Assembly: GCA_944355355.1 (NCBI GenBank)
Contig: CALVQE010000001.1
Location: forward strand, 3,175 to 67,174
DNA from: an uncultured Bacilli bacterium
GTDB lineage: Bacteria; Bacillota_I; Bacilli_A; RF39; UBA660
DNA: 64,000 nt
Reading direction: 5' to 3'
Both the position numbers and the translations under genes were made by a program. A model generated the notes under the pieces. It made no database searches. It was not told where the DNA came from and was given only the letters and a program-made list of their open reading frames with translations. Every line of letters begins with the position of its first letter. Within the stretch, counting starts at the first letter, position 1. Below are positions 29,250 through 38,600 of the stretch, piece after piece.

Positions 29250-30459
29250 CCTTTAAATCAGTAAGAGAACCTGTATTTGGTGTGTAATATTTTTTAGTTT
29301 TCGTGTCATAGAGCACGTTTGCTAAATTCATACTAATAACATCAAGACCCTCGATTGAGTCTCTATCTTCTTCACTACGAATTTCATTTTTCGTAAGCCA
29401 CCCTGTCTCATCTGCTATTTTATAAGCTTCATATCGTTCTCTTAAAGATCCACGCGTAATCTTTTTTGTATCAAAAGAAAAATAATATGTATCCTTTTCA
29501 GACTCTAACAAAAAGTTTCTATTTAATGCACTTTCAATCGCACTAATGATTGGCATTACAGCATCTTTCACGGTTTCGTCGTAATTTGTAGATATATGAA
29601 AAACATCTTGAATATCTTCTTTCAAAGTTTTCTTTCTTTCATTTATCTGTAACTCAACCGATGAGTCTGCTCCCTCTTTAAATTCCAATCCTTTGTTTAG
29701 AATAATAATATTTTCTTCGTTGCTTCCATAATAGTTGTTCCACGCCTCTTTCAATGCTTTCAACTCGTCTTTTGACAATTTGTTTGTTGCCTGTAAAAAA
29801 CCTTTTTTTCCTCCACCCTTTTTCACAATTCCTAACTCATACATAATTGTTTCGAAAGAGGTTTCTAAACATCTAGATATTTCAGTTACAATACTTTTTC
29901 CAGTCGCTCCGTCGGTAGTATTTCTTAATATAGTCAAGAAATTATATGTTTCGTAAGACTTCCCATTTATTTCGTATTGAATATCTCTAAAAATTGGATC
30001 GGTGTTTTTAAAAATTCCGACGTTCTCAGGTTCAACATATCGAAGAGATACAAATTCATTTTTAAACTTTTCAATATAAAGATAAGCTCCTTTACTAATC
30101 AAGTAATCTCTAGCAATAGCTTTCTTAAGTTGAAAAGCATCTAAAGTATCACCAGTATCTTGATTTAAAATTTTAACACGTTTATCGTTAAGTACTTCGG
30201 TTATTTCTGTTTTATTCTCTTTCATTTCTTTTTTATATAAGCGAATTGGAAGCATGGCAACCATATTAGAAATCCGATCGACAGAACCAGAAACAGCTGG
30301 TATTGACATAGCTTTGTTTTTATCAATCACTTCTTTTTTTAATAGTGCTTGTAAAAGTAAATCTCCAGAGGTTTGGGCTTCTACTGTTTCATCCGTAGCA
30401 GTTTCTACTTCATTCTCGTTATCTCGTTTAAAGAAATTAAAAAGCTTCATCATTACCAC
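29203..30459 (-). CDS. portal protein, HK97 family
   Basis: 418 aa directly after the large terminase. Confidence 0.8.
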   Translation of the reverse strand: MVMMKLFNFFKRDNENEVETATDETVEAQTSGDLLLQALLKKEVIDKNKAMSIPAVSGSVDRISNMVAMLPIRLYKKEMKENKTEITEVLNDKRVKILNQDTGDTLDAFQLKKAIARDYLISKGAYLYIEKFKNEFVSLRYVEPENVGIFKNTDPIFRDIQYEINGKSYETYNFLTILRNTTDGATGKSIVTEISRCLETSFETIMYELGIVKKGGGKKGFLQATNKLSKDELKALKEAWNNYYGSNEENIIILNKGLEFKEGADSSVELQINERKKTLKEDIQDVFHISTNYDETVKDAVMPIISAIESALNRNFLLESEKDTYYFSFDTKKITRGSLRERYEAYKIADETGWLTKNEIRSEEDRDSIEGLDVISMNLANVLYDTKTKKYYTPNTGSLTDLKDGGEQNANENRNKGR

Positions 30460-30530
30460 CTCCTAAACATGAAAAAAGCAAACATTTCTGCTTGCCTAGT
30501 TTCTATATGTTACACTATATCACAGAACGA

Positions 30531-30548
30531 GTGTGAAAAGTGTGAAAG
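30531..30548 (-). promoter_or_regulatory. tandem TTTCACA boxes upstream of the portal gene
   Basis: Minus strand CTTTCACACTTTTCACAC, then TATAGT about 14 nt downstream, then a hairpin with T run, then the RBS. The same layout occurs at 33375-33391. Confidence 0.45.
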
Positions 30549-30552
30549 TTTT

Positions 30553-32295
30553 CTATCCCACTTGTACAAAGAAATTTCCATTTTCTAAATATATCTCTTG
30601 TTGCAATAGATAGATTGCATTTAATAAAGCAAATAACAAGTCCACCTTTCCATTCGATTTTTTCTTATGAATATATCTGTTCATATTTGTATCATATACG
30701 CATTTTGCATTTTGAAAATTAATCTCAAGCAATTTATTTTCTTCGTATTTTACTTCTTTATTCATAATCTTTTCATATAAGAGTTTGACAACAGGATGCA
30801 ATGTATCTGAGTGTTGCCTTATCTGAACTGTAGGATATTTCGTATCCCATTTTTGTGCTGACGATAAAGCATTGTATCGATCATAGCCAATTCCCATAAC
30901 AATAACATCGTATTTTTCTTCAATGTTAAAAACAAAATCTTCAATAACTTTATAATCGACAGTTTTATCACCACACGCAATACACTTCATTGCTCGAATA
31001 AATTCATAGTAATTAATTTTTTCTAATTGATTTTTCTCTTCTATTCTCCCCTCAGGGATAAAGCCTATCGCTTCCATAAGGATTGTTCCGTTGTCATCTG
31101 CAACCATGCCAACTCCACAATTGTCGTTTGTCATAGCTAGGTCGACTCCAATAAATACTTCTCGTCCAGACCAGTCAATTTTATCAACTTTACATTTTTG
31201 TAATTCGGATACATCTATAAAGCTTTCGGTACCTGCACCTTGATAAATAATATTACAATGTTTCGTAAGAAAGTTCTCACGTTTGTTTTCGATTTCAATC
31301 GCTTTTTTTCTTTTATCGATTAAATCTTCGTATACTTTTGAAATCTCACAAGCAAGAGGGTTAGCCTGCAAAAGAATATCATCATCGCTTGTCCAATTCT
31401 TGGTATCATTAGGCTCAAAGATTAAAGCAAAGACGTGCTTATCTTCGATAACATTATCCAAAACTTTCTTTGCATAATTAACTTCATCTTCCATAGGATT
31501 ATCAAAACTAGGATATTTCGTGGAAATTAAAAAACCAAGTTTATTAATAACCAGCAACTGTCCTGACCTCATAGCCTCTATTGGATAGGAATTAACTAAT
31601 GCTCCAACTTCATCTGCAACAAAAATATTTGGTTCACGTCCATCCATACGGTTACTGGATGTATTAAGTGGTGTATACACGGTTTCTGTTGGACGATGAG
31701 TAATGCTGTCTCTTAAAATTTTAAATTCATTTTCTTCAAACACATCTATGTTTGCTTTAATCAAAGGCTCCAAAGCTTGTTTTATTTCTTTCGCTAAAGT
31801 TCCGTCAGGTGCTACCGAAAAGAACCTCGAGAATTTAGGCTCCAAATAAAACAATAGTAAAATTAAAAAAGCTACAATAAACGTTTTACCATTTTTCCGT
31901 GGTATTTCCAAAATAACAGTTTCGTAACGTCTTAGATTTTTATCTTCTCTATGAACTACGCAAAGGCTTGCTATAATTAACAGCCATTGATAGCCAGATA
32001 AGGAATTATAAATTTTTTGACCTGCTCTAATTCCTTTTGCCATTACAAAAATTTTACATATCTTATCAATTTTAGAAACACGGCTTTCGTTGATCATGTA
32101 TTTTGGATCTTTATTATCAGCTATATCAATGAAAATCTTACATTGCTTTTTAACATACCGAGGCGATATTAGTTTCTTTTCTCCATTTCGCTCATAATAC
32201 AACTTTGGCGGTTTAATAGCGTCATTAATGATTTTCTCAGCGTAGATATAACTGGGATGTAACTGAATACTATTCATTAGGATCATCTTCTGCAA
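30553..32295 (-). CDS. terminase large subunit
   Basis: 580 aa with an ATPase N-terminal half and a nuclease C-terminal half, after the P27-type small subunit. Confidence 0.85.
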   Translation of the reverse strand: MQKMILMNSIQLHPSYIYAEKIINDAIKPPKLYYERNGEKKLISPRYVKKQCKIFIDIADNKDPKYMINESRVSKIDKICKIFVMAKGIRAGQKIYNSLSGYQWLLIIASLCVVHREDKNLRRYETVILEIPRKNGKTFIVAFLILLLFYLEPKFSRFFSVAPDGTLAKEIKQALEPLIKANIDVFEENEFKILRDSITHRPTETVYTPLNTSSNRMDGREPNIFVADEVGALVNSYPIEAMRSGQLLVINKLGFLISTKYPSFDNPMEDEVNYAKKVLDNVIEDKHVFALIFEPNDTKNWTSDDDILLQANPLACEISKVYEDLIDKRKKAIEIENKRENFLTKHCNIIYQGAGTESFIDVSELQKCKVDKIDWSGREVFIGVDLAMTNDNCGVGMVADDNGTILMEAIGFIPEGRIEEKNQLEKINYYEFIRAMKCIACGDKTVDYKVIEDFVFNIEEKYDVIVMGIGYDRYNALSSAQKWDTKYPTVQIRQHSDTLHPVVKLLYEKIMNKEVKYEENKLLEINFQNAKCVYDTNMNRYIHKKKSNGKVDLLFALLNAIYLLQQEIYLENGNFFVQVG

Positions 32296-32764
32296 GTATT
32301 TCCATCAAACTTTTCTTTTCTGGTTTAGAAACATTAAGTGATAATTTAGCACGTGCTTGCGGTGATAAAGACAATTCGTTACAACAGCGAAAAAAGTCCT
32401 TAGAATACATATCTCTTACAGACTTCAAAGCGATAATCGTACTTAGATCCAATTTATCAACTGGTTTGCCACTTTCATCTTCTACATGACTTGCTAGATT
32501 GATTTCTTTTTCTAGGCTTTCTAACCTCTCAATTGTAATAGCTGTTTGATTTAACAAGTAAACGTCTAAGTTGCTCAGCATATCGAAATTAAGATTAGAA
32601 AGTATATCTTTGAAGATTGCCTTTTGCCTCTTGTTTAAATATTTAAAAGGTTTTATCTTGTCATTTTTTCCACGCAAAGTTTTTTCTGTTTCTTTTCTTG
32701 CATTTCTTTCTTCTTTACTCATTTTTTGTGAATTTGTTTCAATTGATTTTGCTGGTCTTGCCAT
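32270..32764 (-). CDS. terminase small subunit, P27 family
   Basis: 164 aa with a MARPAKSIE... opening, following the HNH gene. Confidence 0.7.
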   Translation of the reverse strand: MARPAKSIETNSQKMSKEERNARKETEKTLRGKNDKIKPFKYLNKRQKAIFKDILSNLNFDMLSNLDVYLLNQTAITIERLESLEKEINLASHVEDESGKPVDKLDLSTIIALKSVRDMYSKDFFRCCNELSLSPQARAKLSLNVSKPEKKSLMEILAEDDPNE

Positions 32765-32888
32765 AATTTTAGCTCCTTTCCTTAGTTATCCACATTGGAA
32801 TTTTTCATTTTGGGCATTTTTTATTTTCAAAAGAGGGCGGTAGGTTTTGAAATTAATAAGAAAAATCATAATAAAAGGTAGGGGGGTA

Positions 32889-33299
32889 TTATCTTCCACC
32901 TACCAATGAGTCAACTTTATAGTAATCACAGTCTTTTTCAAGTAATTTATATAAAATCGTTCTTGGTATAACACCTTTATCAGCAAGCTTATGATGGTAA
33001 CAGCAAAGAGAAATAAGGTTGTCATCGTCAAAAGCAAGCTCTAAATTTTCCTCAAGAGAAACAATATGATGCACTTCAATATTATCTGCGTTAATTCTTT
33101 TTGATGTATTATAAAGATTAGCTAAACAAACTTTGCAAAGACCATTGTCTCTTTCCCTAATTTCTTTGCTTTTTTGATGCCATCTATTGGTCTTACGCAA
33201 CTTATCAGCGTTAGTTTTGCCTCTATTTTGTTGACGATTAATATAACATCTATGATTAAAGTCATGTATTCTACCACATTTACTACAAGTCTTATACAT
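32889..33299 (-). CDS. HNH endonuclease (packaging-associated)
   Basis: Cys-rich with the EVHHIVSL...NLISLCCYHH HNH motif, immediately upstream of the terminase genes. Confidence 0.8.
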   Translation of the reverse strand: MYKTCSKCGRIHDFNHRCYINRQQNRGKTNADKLRKTNRWHQKSKEIRERDNGLCKVCLANLYNTSKRINADNIEVHHIVSLEENLELAFDDDNLISLCCYHHKLADKGVIPRTILYKLLEKDCDYYKVDSLVGGR

Positions 33300-33320
33300 G
33301 AATATCTACCTCCCAAAAAA

Positions 33321-33343
33321 AACGACTTCATAATTAAGTCGTT
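33321..33343 (-). terminator. intrinsic terminator-like hairpin between the putative late promoter and the HNH gene
   Basis: AACGACTT-7 nt-AAGTCGTT followed on the minus strand by T8, then GGGAGG and the ATG. Confidence 0.5.
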
Positions 33344-33374
33344 CTTTCTTGTATACAGTATAAATCAAAACAAA

Positions 33375-33391
33375 TGTGAAAAATGTGAAAA
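33375..33391 (-). promoter_or_regulatory. tandem TTTCACA boxes upstream of the late operon
   Basis: Minus strand TTTTCACATTTTTCACA, then TATACT about 14 nt downstream. Confidence 0.45.
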
Positions 33392-33432
33392 ATAATCAAA
33401 AAACGGTTATTTTTTAACATTTTTTCTGTTTT

Positions 33433-33663
33433 TTAATCATTTTTATTACTTTTTTTAAAATTTTCTACTTCTTTTAATCTTTTCCATAATATATTTTGGC
33501 ATCCACAGTAAGTACAGTCTATTGCATCGTAGTAGCACGATGGTTGTTGAAGTAATGAACCATCATTTTGTTTAACTGTATAACATTCATCTTTGTTTAT
33601 TTGAAATTTTAGACCACACACCACGCATTTTATTAAAGGTTTCTTAATTTCTTTTAATAACAT
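33433..33663 (-). CDS. small zinc-ribbon protein
   Basis: 76 aa with CVVCG...CTYCGC cysteine pairs. Confidence 0.5.
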   Translation of the reverse strand: MLLKEIKKPLIKCVVCGLKFQINKDECYTVKQNDGSLLQQPSCYYDAIDCTYCGCQNILWKRLKEVENFKKSNKND

Positions 33664-33795
33664 TTTTAATCATCCCCACTTCAACAACTTCTTCTGTAAC
33701 TTTATTTTCGCAAAAGATATATCCGTCAACTATATAAAACTCTATAATCTCGTCTTTTACTGCTTGCTTTATTTTTACTATATCAATCACTCTAA

Positions 33796-34077
33796 TCACT
33801 CCTTTGGCATTTCATAAACAAATAAAGGGTTTGGTATAAAATCTTTTACTTCTCCTAATATGTTTGTTCTCTTTGCAAAAGAACTATTTATTAAATAATT
33901 TTCTATTTCATCTAATACTTCTAATGCTCTTTCTTTACTTTTGTATTCCCCTAAAATAAATGCATTCTCAAAATTATATCTATCAACAATATAATATCGA
34001 TTTTCACATTGATCTATCCCCAATTTTGGATTGGGTATCAATTCTTTTTTGTTTTGACTTCTTATCCATAAATTCAT
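33796..34077 (-). CDS. hypothetical phage early protein
   Basis: 93-aa ORF in the co-directional early operon. Confidence 0.45.
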   Translation of the reverse strand: MNLWIRSQNKKELIPNPKLGIDQCENRYYIVDRYNFENAFILGEYKSKERALEVLDEIENYLINSSFAKRTNILGEVKDFIPNPLFVYEMPKE

Positions 34078-34092
34078 TTTTACACTCTCTTT

Positions 34093-34440
34093 CTATTCAT
34101 AATCATATATTGACATTTGTCCTGGCAAGATATCTTCATTATTTAATTGTCTATAATCAAACAACATTTTGGCATATTCTTTGGTTTTAATAAAATCTTC
34201 GTATTTTTCTATGTAAGCTTTCATTTTTCTTTTTGCATCTGTTAAGGTTATTGCATTTGCAAAAGAAATTCCTATTTCTGGATCTACTACATACCATTTC
34301 TTGTTATTATTTTGATAAGAGAAAAAACGATGATCATTTATAAATATAAAATATCCATCAACTTCTTCCAACTTTTTTCCAGTCACAAACCCATGATAAT
34401 CTCTAATAGCTATTAAAGTTTTACACTTTACTTTAATCAT
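34093..34440 (-). CDS. hypothetical phage early protein
   Basis: 115-aa ORF abutting the upstream gene. Confidence 0.45.
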   Translation of the reverse strand: MIKVKCKTLIAIRDYHGFVTGKKLEEVDGYFIFINDHRFFSYQNNNKKWYVVDPEIGISFANAITLTDAKRKMKAYIEKYEDFIKTKEYAKMLFDYRQLNNEDILPGQMSIYDYE

Positions 34441-34731
34441 TTATCTTTTTCCTTTCAATATTTTCAATAAAAATTCAAAATCTTCATCACCGTCAAATTG
34501 AAATATATGGTCTTCTACAAAGTATATTGCTTTATCTATTATTTTTTTGTATTTGTTATATTCATCTTCGTATTCAGCTACATTGTTTATTAGTATATCT
34601 ATTTTTTTGTTTAATTCTTGATTTTCTTGCTGTAGTTTGAGTATAGATAGTTCGTAATTAGCATATCTATTTTTATAATAATTGAAAATGTCTAACTGTT
34701 CGTTTATTGTCTTAGAATAATCAAATTTCAT
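34441..34731 (-). CDS. hypothetical coiled-coil phage protein
   Basis: 96-aa ORF. Confidence 0.45.
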   Translation of the reverse strand: MKFDYSKTINEQLDIFNYYKNRYANYELSILKLQQENQELNKKIDILINNVAEYEDEYNKYKKIIDKAIYFVEDHIFQFDGDEDFEFLLKILKGKR

Positions 34732-34748
34732 TTATTCCACCTCATTTA

Positions 34749-35069
34749 TTACCACATCATTAAATCAAGCATAGTATATCTACCATTTTTCTTTAATAAA
34801 TACTTAGTTAATTCGACCGCACCGTTTCTTTGAATGCCTTTGGCCATTAGTAATTTAATAAATTTCTTTCTTTTAAGCATTATTGCGTTATTAATTTTTA
34901 CGTTCATTGAAAGTTGTGTCATTGGCGTATATTTACAAGGATCATCCTCAACTGACCACATATCTAATTCCTCAAATTCTATAGTTCCATTTAATTCGGT
35001 TTGCATTCCATTTTCATCTACCATTAGTAACTTAGCAGGTTTTAACATATTTGTATTCATTACCATCAC
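34749..35069 (-). CDS. hypothetical phage early protein
   Basis: 106-aa ORF. Confidence 0.45.
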   Translation of the reverse strand: MMVMNTNMLKPAKLLMVDENGMQTELNGTIEFEELDMWSVEDDPCKYTPMTQLSMNVKINNAIMLKRKKFIKLLMAKGIQRNGAVELTKYLLKKNGRYTMLDLMMW

Positions 35070-35073
35070 TCTC

Positions 35074-35643
35074 CTAAATCCAATACAATCTTTTGCTCAA
35101 AGTTTTTATGTTGTAACAAATCCAACAACAAGCCTTATTAAAAACTTGTTTTTGACCAAGGAATTTTATTCTTTTTTTAAAAATCAAAATAGATATTTTA
35201 TCAACGTATTTTTCCCACATTTCAGCTCTTGCCGGTGTTTCTAATGTCGATAACGGAAGCAGTAAGCAAAATGATTTAATCTTGTTTTGTTCTATCAATT
35301 CAAAAGTGTGCTTTATTATCTCATTCTGCTGAGAAAACGGTGGATTACTTATTAACAAATCACAATCAACAGGTGGTTCAGTAGAAAAAAAGTCATTGCC
35401 ACAATCATCAAAAATGTGCGTGGCTTTATATTTTAAATTCAATTCATCAGCTTTAAGCTTAAACTCAGAGTCATAGTTGTTAAATGGAAACCAAATACTT
35501 TTAAAGCTCTTAATATCTATGAGACTATATATATCCTCAACAACATAACGAGGTGTAGCAACATGATCTTTATTTATTTTCTTATCTTCCTCATAAATTT
35601 CTTTTGTATCTACTGAATTGTTAAATATATCAAGTTGTTCCAT
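35074..35643 (-). CDS. small phage N6-adenine DNA methyltransferase-like protein
   Basis: LLISNPPFSQ (motif IV NPPF) and an upstream ATPRYVVEDI segment. At 189 aa it matches phage Dam-like orphan methyltransferases. Confidence 0.5.
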   Translation of the reverse strand: MEQLDIFNNSVDTKEIYEEDKKINKDHVATPRYVVEDIYSLIDIKSFKSIWFPFNNYDSEFKLKADELNLKYKATHIFDDCGNDFFSTEPPVDCDLLISNPPFSQQNEIIKHTFELIEQNKIKSFCLLLPLSTLETPARAEMWEKYVDKISILIFKKRIKFLGQKQVFNKACCWICYNIKTLSKRLYWI

Positions 35644-35654
35644 ATAACTACAGC

Positions 35655-36029
35655 CTATTTTTCTCTATTAGATAAATAATCGCACCATTTTTTAAAACCA
35701 TTTACAAAAGGTATTAGATTATGATTATCAGCCCATCCTGCAATTCCTATAAAACCATCTTTATTAAAAGTAATAGCTTCTCGATCGTCAAAATAAAGAC
35801 CTTTTACTCTTATTTCTGCAAAAACTAATTTATTGTTTTTAAAAAATATATTTTTATTTTTTTTAATTCTAGGTTCTTTAATCATAATTGAAATATTCTC
35901 AACACTTACAATTTCAAAATTTAGAATTTGAATTAATTTATAAATATCATTGATCGTAATATCCTCATAACTAAGATTTAAATTTTTAAAATATTCCCTT
36001 GCTTCTTCCCTATTATTCATTTTTTCCAT
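35655..36029 (-). CDS. hypothetical protein
   Basis: 124 aa, overlapping the recombinase gene by 13 nt. Confidence 0.45.
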   Translation of the reverse strand: MEKMNNREEAREYFKNLNLSYEDITINDIYKLIQILNFEIVSVENISIMIKEPRIKKNKNIFFKNNKLVFAEIRVKGLYFDDREAITFNKDGFIGIAGWADNHNLIPFVNGFKKWCDYLSNREK

Positions 36030-36880
36030 AACCTTTCTAATTTTTCTTTTTTCTCTTTTAAAGATGTTTTAGTGTACAAAGCAGTAGTATTTAAATCATT
36101 GTGTCCAAAAATATCTGCTAATTCATCCAAATCAATTCCTTTTGCCTTACATTGCTTGGCAAATAAATGCCTCCAAGCGTGAGCATGAATTTTATTAGGA
36201 TTGATTTTAGCACTTTTTGCTATTTTTTTTAGCCATCTCCAAATTGTGGATAGATTCACCATCCTATTTGGATCGTTTTTATATCTGCTATCTGGACTTC
36301 TAAAAATATACCCACAAGTGATTTTATTTTCTTTACAATAATGCTTTAAATCTCGTCGTAACTCATTTGTCATAATTAGAACTCTTTCTTTTCCTTTGTT
36401 ATATGCACCTTTGATGTAGTTGCTACTTAGATTTTCTACAGTAAAATACTGCAATTCACTAATTCTAATCCCTGAATTAGCAAAAACCTCCATAATATAA
36501 TAAGCTTCTAGCATATTGAGATTTTTTGCCCATCTAAGCATCCTTTTATGTTCTTGCTGTGAAATATAATCTTCAAGACTAGCTCTTTCCTGTTCTTTGA
36601 ATTGTTTTACAGTGCAATCTTCATGACCCATATAAGCTAAAAATTTATTAACAACTACAATGAACTGATTTCTTGATTTTAATGCGTATTCTCCTTTTTC
36701 AAGTTCACTTTTCCAACTAATCACTATTTTTTTATCAAGTTCAAATTGCTCCGGAACAAAATCTATAAATTTTTTTATTGCGTTCTTATAACTCTTTAAA
36801 GTTCTTTCAGCTAGTTCATCTAATTCTTGCATTTCGATAAATGAATTTAGTTTTAATTCTAAATCTTTCTTTGTAATCAT
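36017..36880 (-). CDS. second tyrosine recombinase (XerC/D-like)
   Basis: IRISEL (catalytic Arg region), HAHAWRHLFA and GHNDLNTTALYT (H-x-x-R ... Y). It lacks an arm-binding N-terminal domain. Confidence 0.85.
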   Translation of the reverse strand: MITKKDLELKLNSFIEMQELDELAERTLKSYKNAIKKFIDFVPEQFELDKKIVISWKSELEKGEYALKSRNQFIVVVNKFLAYMGHEDCTVKQFKEQERASLEDYISQQEHKRMLRWAKNLNMLEAYYIMEVFANSGIRISELQYFTVENLSSNYIKGAYNKGKERVLIMTNELRRDLKHYCKENKITCGYIFRSPDSRYKNDPNRMVNLSTIWRWLKKIAKSAKINPNKIHAHAWRHLFAKQCKAKGIDLDELADIFGHNDLNTTALYTKTSLKEKKEKLERLWKK

Positions 36881-36913
36881 TTTGTTACCTTCCTTTCAAA
36901 AGAATTATGCTTA

Positions 36914-37135
36914 TCAAGAATTTTGTTCCTTTGAATTATTTTGATCTTCTTTTTCTTCTGATAAATTAATCTGCTTCACAACATCTTTTAATTCTTTAAT
37001 TTCTTTTTGCAACTCTTTGTTAAATAAAGTAGAGGGACTGTGAATACCAAAGAAACCTTGAATTTTATCAAGAACCCAGTCTTTAGCATTGTTAATTCTG
37101 TTCCACAATTCCTGAACCACAATTTTACCTTTCAT
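36914..37135 (-). CDS. chimeric 73-aa ORF built from tape-measure and head-module gene fragments
   Basis: Residues 5-40 match tape-measure residues around VVQGLWNGINNAKDWVLDKIKGF...GFFGIHSPSTLF. The C-terminus matches LQKENEELKAVVEQINLSEENED of ORF 26822-27190. At nucleotide level, 37065-37121 matches 21895-21951 at 55 of 57 positions. Confidence 0.5.
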   Translation of the reverse strand: MKGKIVVQELWNRINNAKDWVLDKIQGFFGIHSPSTLFNKELQKEIKELKDVVKQINLSEEKEDQNNSKEQNS

Positions 37136-37279
37136 CGAACCCTATTACTCCCCCTATAATCTGTGCAAGATATGTATAATATTATATTGCACCTATATTT
37201 TTTTATTTAAGCCTTTATTTAAAAGGCTTTATCATCGATTTTTTAATCACTATACTTTTTATGATTTTTGGCACCTTTT

Positions 37280-37516
37280 TTACAAGCCATGTATAGCATT
37301 AAATTGGTATATCCTTTCCTCTTCTGATAAATATTTATGACGAACCATATAACGCTCTATTTCTTCTTCTTTGTAATTTTTAATGCCGTTATAATCTCTT
37401 ACATAAACATCATAATTAAATTCTTTAGAGTCCTTTTTATAATGCTCCCAGCATTTGACTACAACACCAATTTCTATTTTATCGACTACTACTATATCAC
37501 CAAAAGTAAATTTCAT
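37280..37516 (-). CDS. hypothetical phage early protein
   Basis: 78-aa ORF. Confidence 0.45.
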   Translation of the reverse strand: MKFTFGDIVVVDKIEIGVVVKCWEHYKKDSKEFNYDVYVRDYNGIKNYKEEEIERYMVRHKYLSEEERIYQFNAIHGL

Positions 37517-37809
37517 TTTTCATCACCTAGCATTTCTATTTTTTTTCGCATATTCAAGTATTCTTTGCCCGCTGGTGTTTCAAAAAAATTATTACAAATA
37601 TCTATTGCAAAATTTATTGTAGAATTAAATATATTTTTTATTGGTTCAATGAAATCTTCTGGCTCCACATTATTTAAAAGACATTGAGTAGCCAAATTAT
37701 GTTTTACTTCATCGCTCATACTTCTTACAATATCAGCATTAGTTATGTTAATGTGTTTCATGATTTCCCCCATTAATATCTTCTGCAACACATTCCTTTG
37801 CCATTTCAA
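37513..37809 (-). CDS. hypothetical phage early protein
   Basis: 98-aa ORF. The true start may be MKHINITN at 37761. Confidence 0.4.
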   Translation of the reverse strand: MKWQRNVLQKILMGEIMKHINITNADIVRSMSDEVKHNLATQCLLNNVEPEDFIEPIKNIFNSTINFAIDICNNFFETPAGKEYLNMRKKIEMLGDEK

Positions 37810-37996
37810 TTGACTGATTTAAATAAGAATAATCTATGCCTATCAATAATATTACGGCACTTAACGATGTATGATAAGCCAATATTTGTTGATAAGATAA
37901 ATCATCACTCATTAATACTTCTTCATCGTTTAGCAAAATATAACTCTTATATTCTTCATCTAATATTTTTTTAACATTATTCATAGGTCTTATCAT
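37748..37996 (-). CDS. hypothetical phage early protein
   Basis: 82-aa ORF. Confidence 0.4.
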   Translation of the reverse strand: MIRPMNNVKKILDEEYKSYILLNDEEVLMSDDLSYQQILAYHTSLSAVILLIGIDYSYLNQSIEMAKECVAEDINGGNHETH

Positions 37997-38196
37997 TTCC
38001 TCCTATAACATTCTTCATCTTGATAATATTCATTGATTGTTAACTGTGAACATCTATAATCATTTAGCATTTTTGACAATGATACTAGAAACAGCACAAG
38101 CATAAACAAACAAGCTATACCAACTACTATCAAGATAAAGTTTAAGATTTTTTCTTTCATAACCCCTCCCATTTCAATATTGTTGGGTGCCGCCAC
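37993..38196 (-). CDS. small membrane protein
   Basis: 67 aa with one TM helix. Confidence 0.45.
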   Translation of the reverse strand: MAAPNNIEMGGVMKEKILNFILIVVGIACLFMLVLFLVSLSKMLNDYRCSQLTINEYYQDEECYRRK

Positions 38197-38270
38197 CTCC
38201 CATAAAGTTTTCCGAGGATAAAATATATAGAAATAAACATATAGTACAGCATTAAGTTTGGCGGCATTTT

Positions 38271-38600
38271 TTATTCTTTTAAAAGATCACGATACAATCC
38301 ACAGAGCAAATTATATTCTTGCGTTTGAATTGCTTCATAATATCTATCAAAAATAGTTCTTAGCTCCCTAATCACATCTTCTAAAGATGATTTTCGAGTA
38401 CATAACACCTTAGTTCCACTTTTTTTATCATAAATGTGCCAAGTATCCACGTCCTTATGAGCAAGAAAGTCATAACTGTAACAGACGAGCGGTATACAGT
38501 CTTTTTCTATAAGTTTATAGACACGATGTCCATCAACATGATCTAAAATCATAACTTTAAACTTTTTCTTTCTCATGCTATCCTCCATTTTTATGATCAT
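38271..38600 (-). CDS. hypothetical phage early protein
   Basis: 109-aa ORF. Confidence 0.45.
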   Translation of the reverse strand: MIIKMEDSMRKKKFKVMILDHVDGHRVYKLIEKDCIPLVCYSYDFLAHKDVDTWHIYDKKSGTKVLCTRKSSLEDVIRELRTIFDRYYEAIQTQEYNLLCGLYRDLLKE

